A DNA stretch of 64,000 nt from Proteromonas lacertae (lineage: Eukaryota), in the NCBI GenBank assembly GCA_002245135.1, contig NGBS01001164.1:186001-250000 (forward strand). The letters run 5' to 3'. The translations under genes were made by a program, and so were the position numbers. This document shows positions 61,230 to 64,000 of the stretch, in pieces. The first letter of the stretch is position 1, and each line of letters opens with the position of its first letter. Below the pieces are notes generated by a model. The model was not told where the DNA came from and searched no databases. It was given only the letters and a program-made list of their open reading frames with translations.

Positions 61230-62196
61230 TATTTCTTTATTAGATAATCCAATAGGTAATAATGGATTTGAGTTATTAATTAATAATTTAAGAATATTAA
61301 AAACAACAAACGGTTCAATAGATTTGAGTAATATATCAATAGATGATGAAAGTGTAATATTATTAACAAATAAGCTAGAATCCCTTCCAAAACGTTGTGA
61401 AATATATCTACAAGGAAATAACATCAGAATGAAAGGTTTGAAATCAATATGTTCAAAATCATTAGAAAAAAAGGAATATTCATTTATTGAAATGAAATGT
61501 TTATCATGGACAAATGAAGAATTGAAGTATTATTTGAATTATTGTATAAGAAAAGAAAAATTTCTTATCAGAATTTATGATTTCTCAAGTACAGAATCCA
61601 TGTTTTTAATGAAATAGATATAAATATTAATGATTCTCATATTCCTTTAATAAAAAAGATTAGTTATACAAAACTTCATTTATCCAATAGTCAAATTACC
61701 CCAAAAAGATTAAAAGAATTAATGGATTCTTTACAGAAAGATATTGTTGAATATATTGCAATATCCAATAACCCGATTGGAGATGATGGAATAGAAATAA
61801 TATGTAAACATTTAGATAAATATATTGATTTCCCATCATTACTTACTCTTTCAAGTATTTTATGAATAATAATGTTATTTTATATATTGTATAGATATTG
61901 GAATGAGTGTAAAAGGGTTAAGAATATTGATAGAAAGATTAAAAGATTATAAACCATTAGGAGTGATAAATATATCAAAAAATGAATTAGATGAAAGTGG
62001 ATTAAGGTTGATGAAAGAAAACAAAGAAATATTTGAATGTTTAAATTGTTTATCAATTACAGTAAAACAAAATATAGATAAGTCAACACTGAATTCATTC
62101 TTAAAAACATTTTCATCAATTGGAATAATCAAAATAAATGGAATATCAGAAGAAGAAAAGAAAAAATTATCAAAGGAATTCTTCAATATTGAATAA
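58828..62196 (+). pseudogene. Pseudokinase-LRR family copy with an in-frame TAA at 59170-59172
   Basis: Collinear with 33099-36442. ORFs 58948 and 59212 are in the same frame and separated by one TAA; the remaining exons splice normally. Confidence 0.75.
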
Positions 62197-62329
62197 TTAC
62201 AATAAAATATAACTCATTATATGTTTTATTTTATTTTAACCCCCATAAAACAACACATTTATAGAATTTATGATTAATGAATAATGAGTTTTACGGTATA
62301 ATACTTATAGTAGTATTAGTAGTATTCAT

Positions 62330-64000
62330 TTACCATGCTTCTAATGAATATCTACCTGTAGCTTCCATATTCTCAATTTCTTTCTTAGCTTGTTCTTCAC
62401 TCATCTTTCCTTGTGAAGCAAAAGCTCTAATCATTGATTGTTTTACATCCTCTGGTACTCTTGAGGCTGGTCCACAGAAATAGAAATGTCCTTTCTTTGT
62501 ATATAATAAGTCAAATGGTAAGGATGGTTCTTCATCTACTTTATTTTGAATATATACTTTCTTAGCTTGATCTCTTGAGAAGGCTGGTCTCATGTATTCT
62601 AATACACCATCTTTATGATATTGATCCCATTCATCAGAGAATAAATATTCAGTCTTTTGATATCTACATCCATAGTATAATAACATTGGTCCAATCTTCT
62701 TACCAGCTTTCTTATCCATTGCTCTTTGTTGTACAAAGGCTCTGAATGGAGCAATACCAGTACCTAAACCAGCCATTACTACTGGTGTTTCTGTTGATTC
62801 TGGTAATACAATTGTACCAGCTTTAACTGTACATTCAATATTGATTGGTGATTCTTTAGATGGATTGCAATGTCTTAAATAGTCAGTACATAAACCAACT
62901 CTATCTTTACCTGATGGTGTCTTCCAGTCAACTACAACTACGCATAAGTGTAATGTATCTGGATACATTGCCATTGAGGATGCTATTGAATAATATCTTG
63001 GTTTAATTTGTGGTACTAAATCTAATAAGTTAGCAATTGGTACTTTGCAGGATGGATATTTCTCAAAGATATCAGCATATGTTACTGTTTCTTTAACTAA
63101 TGTTTCTAATTCAGCTTTACCTTCATTAGATACTAAATGTAATAATGCTTTCTTATCTGCTTCATTACCAAAGATTGATAAGGATTCAAAGAATCTCTTA
63201 TTTGGTTTACCGAATAAATCTAATCTTTCTGTGAATAATTGTCTAGTGGATATTAAACTTGGGAATACACCAGCATTCTTTGGATCTACTGCTTTAATTG
63301 ATAATACTTCATTACCACTTAAACCAAAGTGTTTCAACATTCTATCTACATTCTCTGGAATATTTCTAGCATAAATAGCTAATGCATCACCTACATTGAA
63401 TTGTACACCACTTCCTCTTAAGTCAAATTGTAAATGCATAATATCTCGATCATAATCTTTAGGTGTCATTCTTACATTAGAAATCATTTTAATTACTGAA
63501 CTTGCTGGTCTATTAACACTGCCTGGAGCATGAGCACCTTCTTTGATTTCTACAATGTTCTTTGGTTGTGGTGGTCCTGATAATTGAGCTGGTTTTATAT
63601 CTAATGCATTGAAGAGATTTGGTTCCCAGATATCATAAGCAGTGTTGTATTTATCTTCATCTTGGTCATTACCATATCCAGTTTCGACGACTTTCTTTGC
63701 ACCTGCTTTTGTTAAAGCTTCATCATATTTCTTAGCAGCTTGACAGAAGAATGTGTAATTTGTATCACCTAAACCAAATACTGCATATTTAGTATTCTTT
63801 AATGCATCTGGACTTAATCCTTGTAAATATTTGTACAAGTTTCTACAGTTTGGTGGTAATTCACCTTGACCACAAGTTGATACTAATAATACTATTAATG
63901 GTTCATTCACTAATTCATCAGTCTCATAATCATCACAAGCTGATAAGGTTGCATTTACACCTCTTTGTTTACATTCTTCATAGAAGTTGTTAGCTAACTG
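62330..64000 (-). CDS. Flavodoxin-FAD-NADP(H) (CPR-like) module, probably the C-terminus of pyruvate:NADP+ oxidoreductase; 5' part outside window
   Basis: STCGQGELP.N, FGLGD..Y..FC, RYYSIAS, GLCT, GLGTGIAPFR, YYGCR, AFSRDQ.KKVYIQ and GRYSLEAW; the frame stays open to the window edge. Confidence 0.8.
   Translation of the reverse strand, partial: QLANNFYEECKQRGVNATLSACDDYETDELVNEPLIVLLVSTCGQGELPPNCRNLYKYLQGLSPDALKNTKYAVFGLGDTNYTFFCQAAKKYDEALTKAGAKKVVETGYGNDQDEDKYNTAYDIWEPNLFNALDIKPAQLSGPPQPKNIVEIKEGAHAPGSVNRPASSVIKMISNVRMTPKDYDRDIMHLQFDLRGSGVQFNVGDALAIYARNIPENVDRMLKHFGLSGNEVLSIKAVDPKNAGVFPSLISTRQLFTERLDLFGKPNKRFFESLSIFGNEADKKALLHLVSNEGKAELETLVKETVTYADIFEKYPSCKVPIANLLDLVPQIKPRYYSIASSMAMYPDTLHLCVVVVDWKTPSGKDRVGLCTDYLRHCNPSKESPINIECTVKAGTIVLPESTETPVVMAGLGTGIAPFRAFVQQRAMDKKAGKKIGPMLLYYGCRYQKTEYLFSDEWDQYHKDGVLEYMRPAFSRDQAKKVYIQNKVDEEPSLPFDLLYTKKGHFYFCGPASRVPEDVKQSMIRAFASQGKMSEEQAKKEIENMEATGRYSLEAW

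Noticed and set aside
1..64000. Stop codons created by polyadenylation (Blastocystis-type)
   Set aside because: Every reconstructed gene end has a genomic stop codon.
1..64000. CRISPR arrays, rRNA, snRNA or prokaryotic operons
   Set aside because: The DNA is eukaryotic and intron-rich; no repeat-spacer array or recognisable rRNA/snRNA was seen by eye, although divergent small RNAs could be missed.

Overview
Very AT-rich, gene-dense eukaryotic nuclear DNA using the standard code. Most introns are very short (about 27-45 nt, GT-AG) and intergenic spacers are often under 200 bp. The gene set (IFT57, dynein p28, delta- and zeta-type tubulins, SHIPPO-repeat, CEP104-like TOG, CSTPP1, a PNO-like flavoreductase C-terminus) points to an anaerobic, cilium-gene-bearing protist, plausibly an opalinatan stramenopile related to Blastocystis/Proteromonas (inference only). 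I reconstructed about 25 protein genes or pseudogenes by hand-splicing, plus one intronic tRNA-Leu(UAA). Main highlights: (1) four short minor-spliceosome (U12-type) introns, three AT-AC and one AT-AT, one of them nested inside a GT-AG intron of the gene for the minor-spliceosome factor CENATAC, a candidate autoregulatory switch; (2) a CBS-pair + voltage-sensor + PTEN phosphatase fusion; (3) a giant Hsp110-NBD/coiled-coil/tandem-Tudor protein; (4) a three-copy pseudokinase-LRR family, with a ~66-bp inverted repeat bracketing an 11-kb block; (5) a zeta-type tubulin with ACG where Met1 should be; (6) a recurrent AAGCTTG upstream motif and a perfect E2F 12-mer. All splice models and family calls come from reading motifs by eye; no database searches were run.
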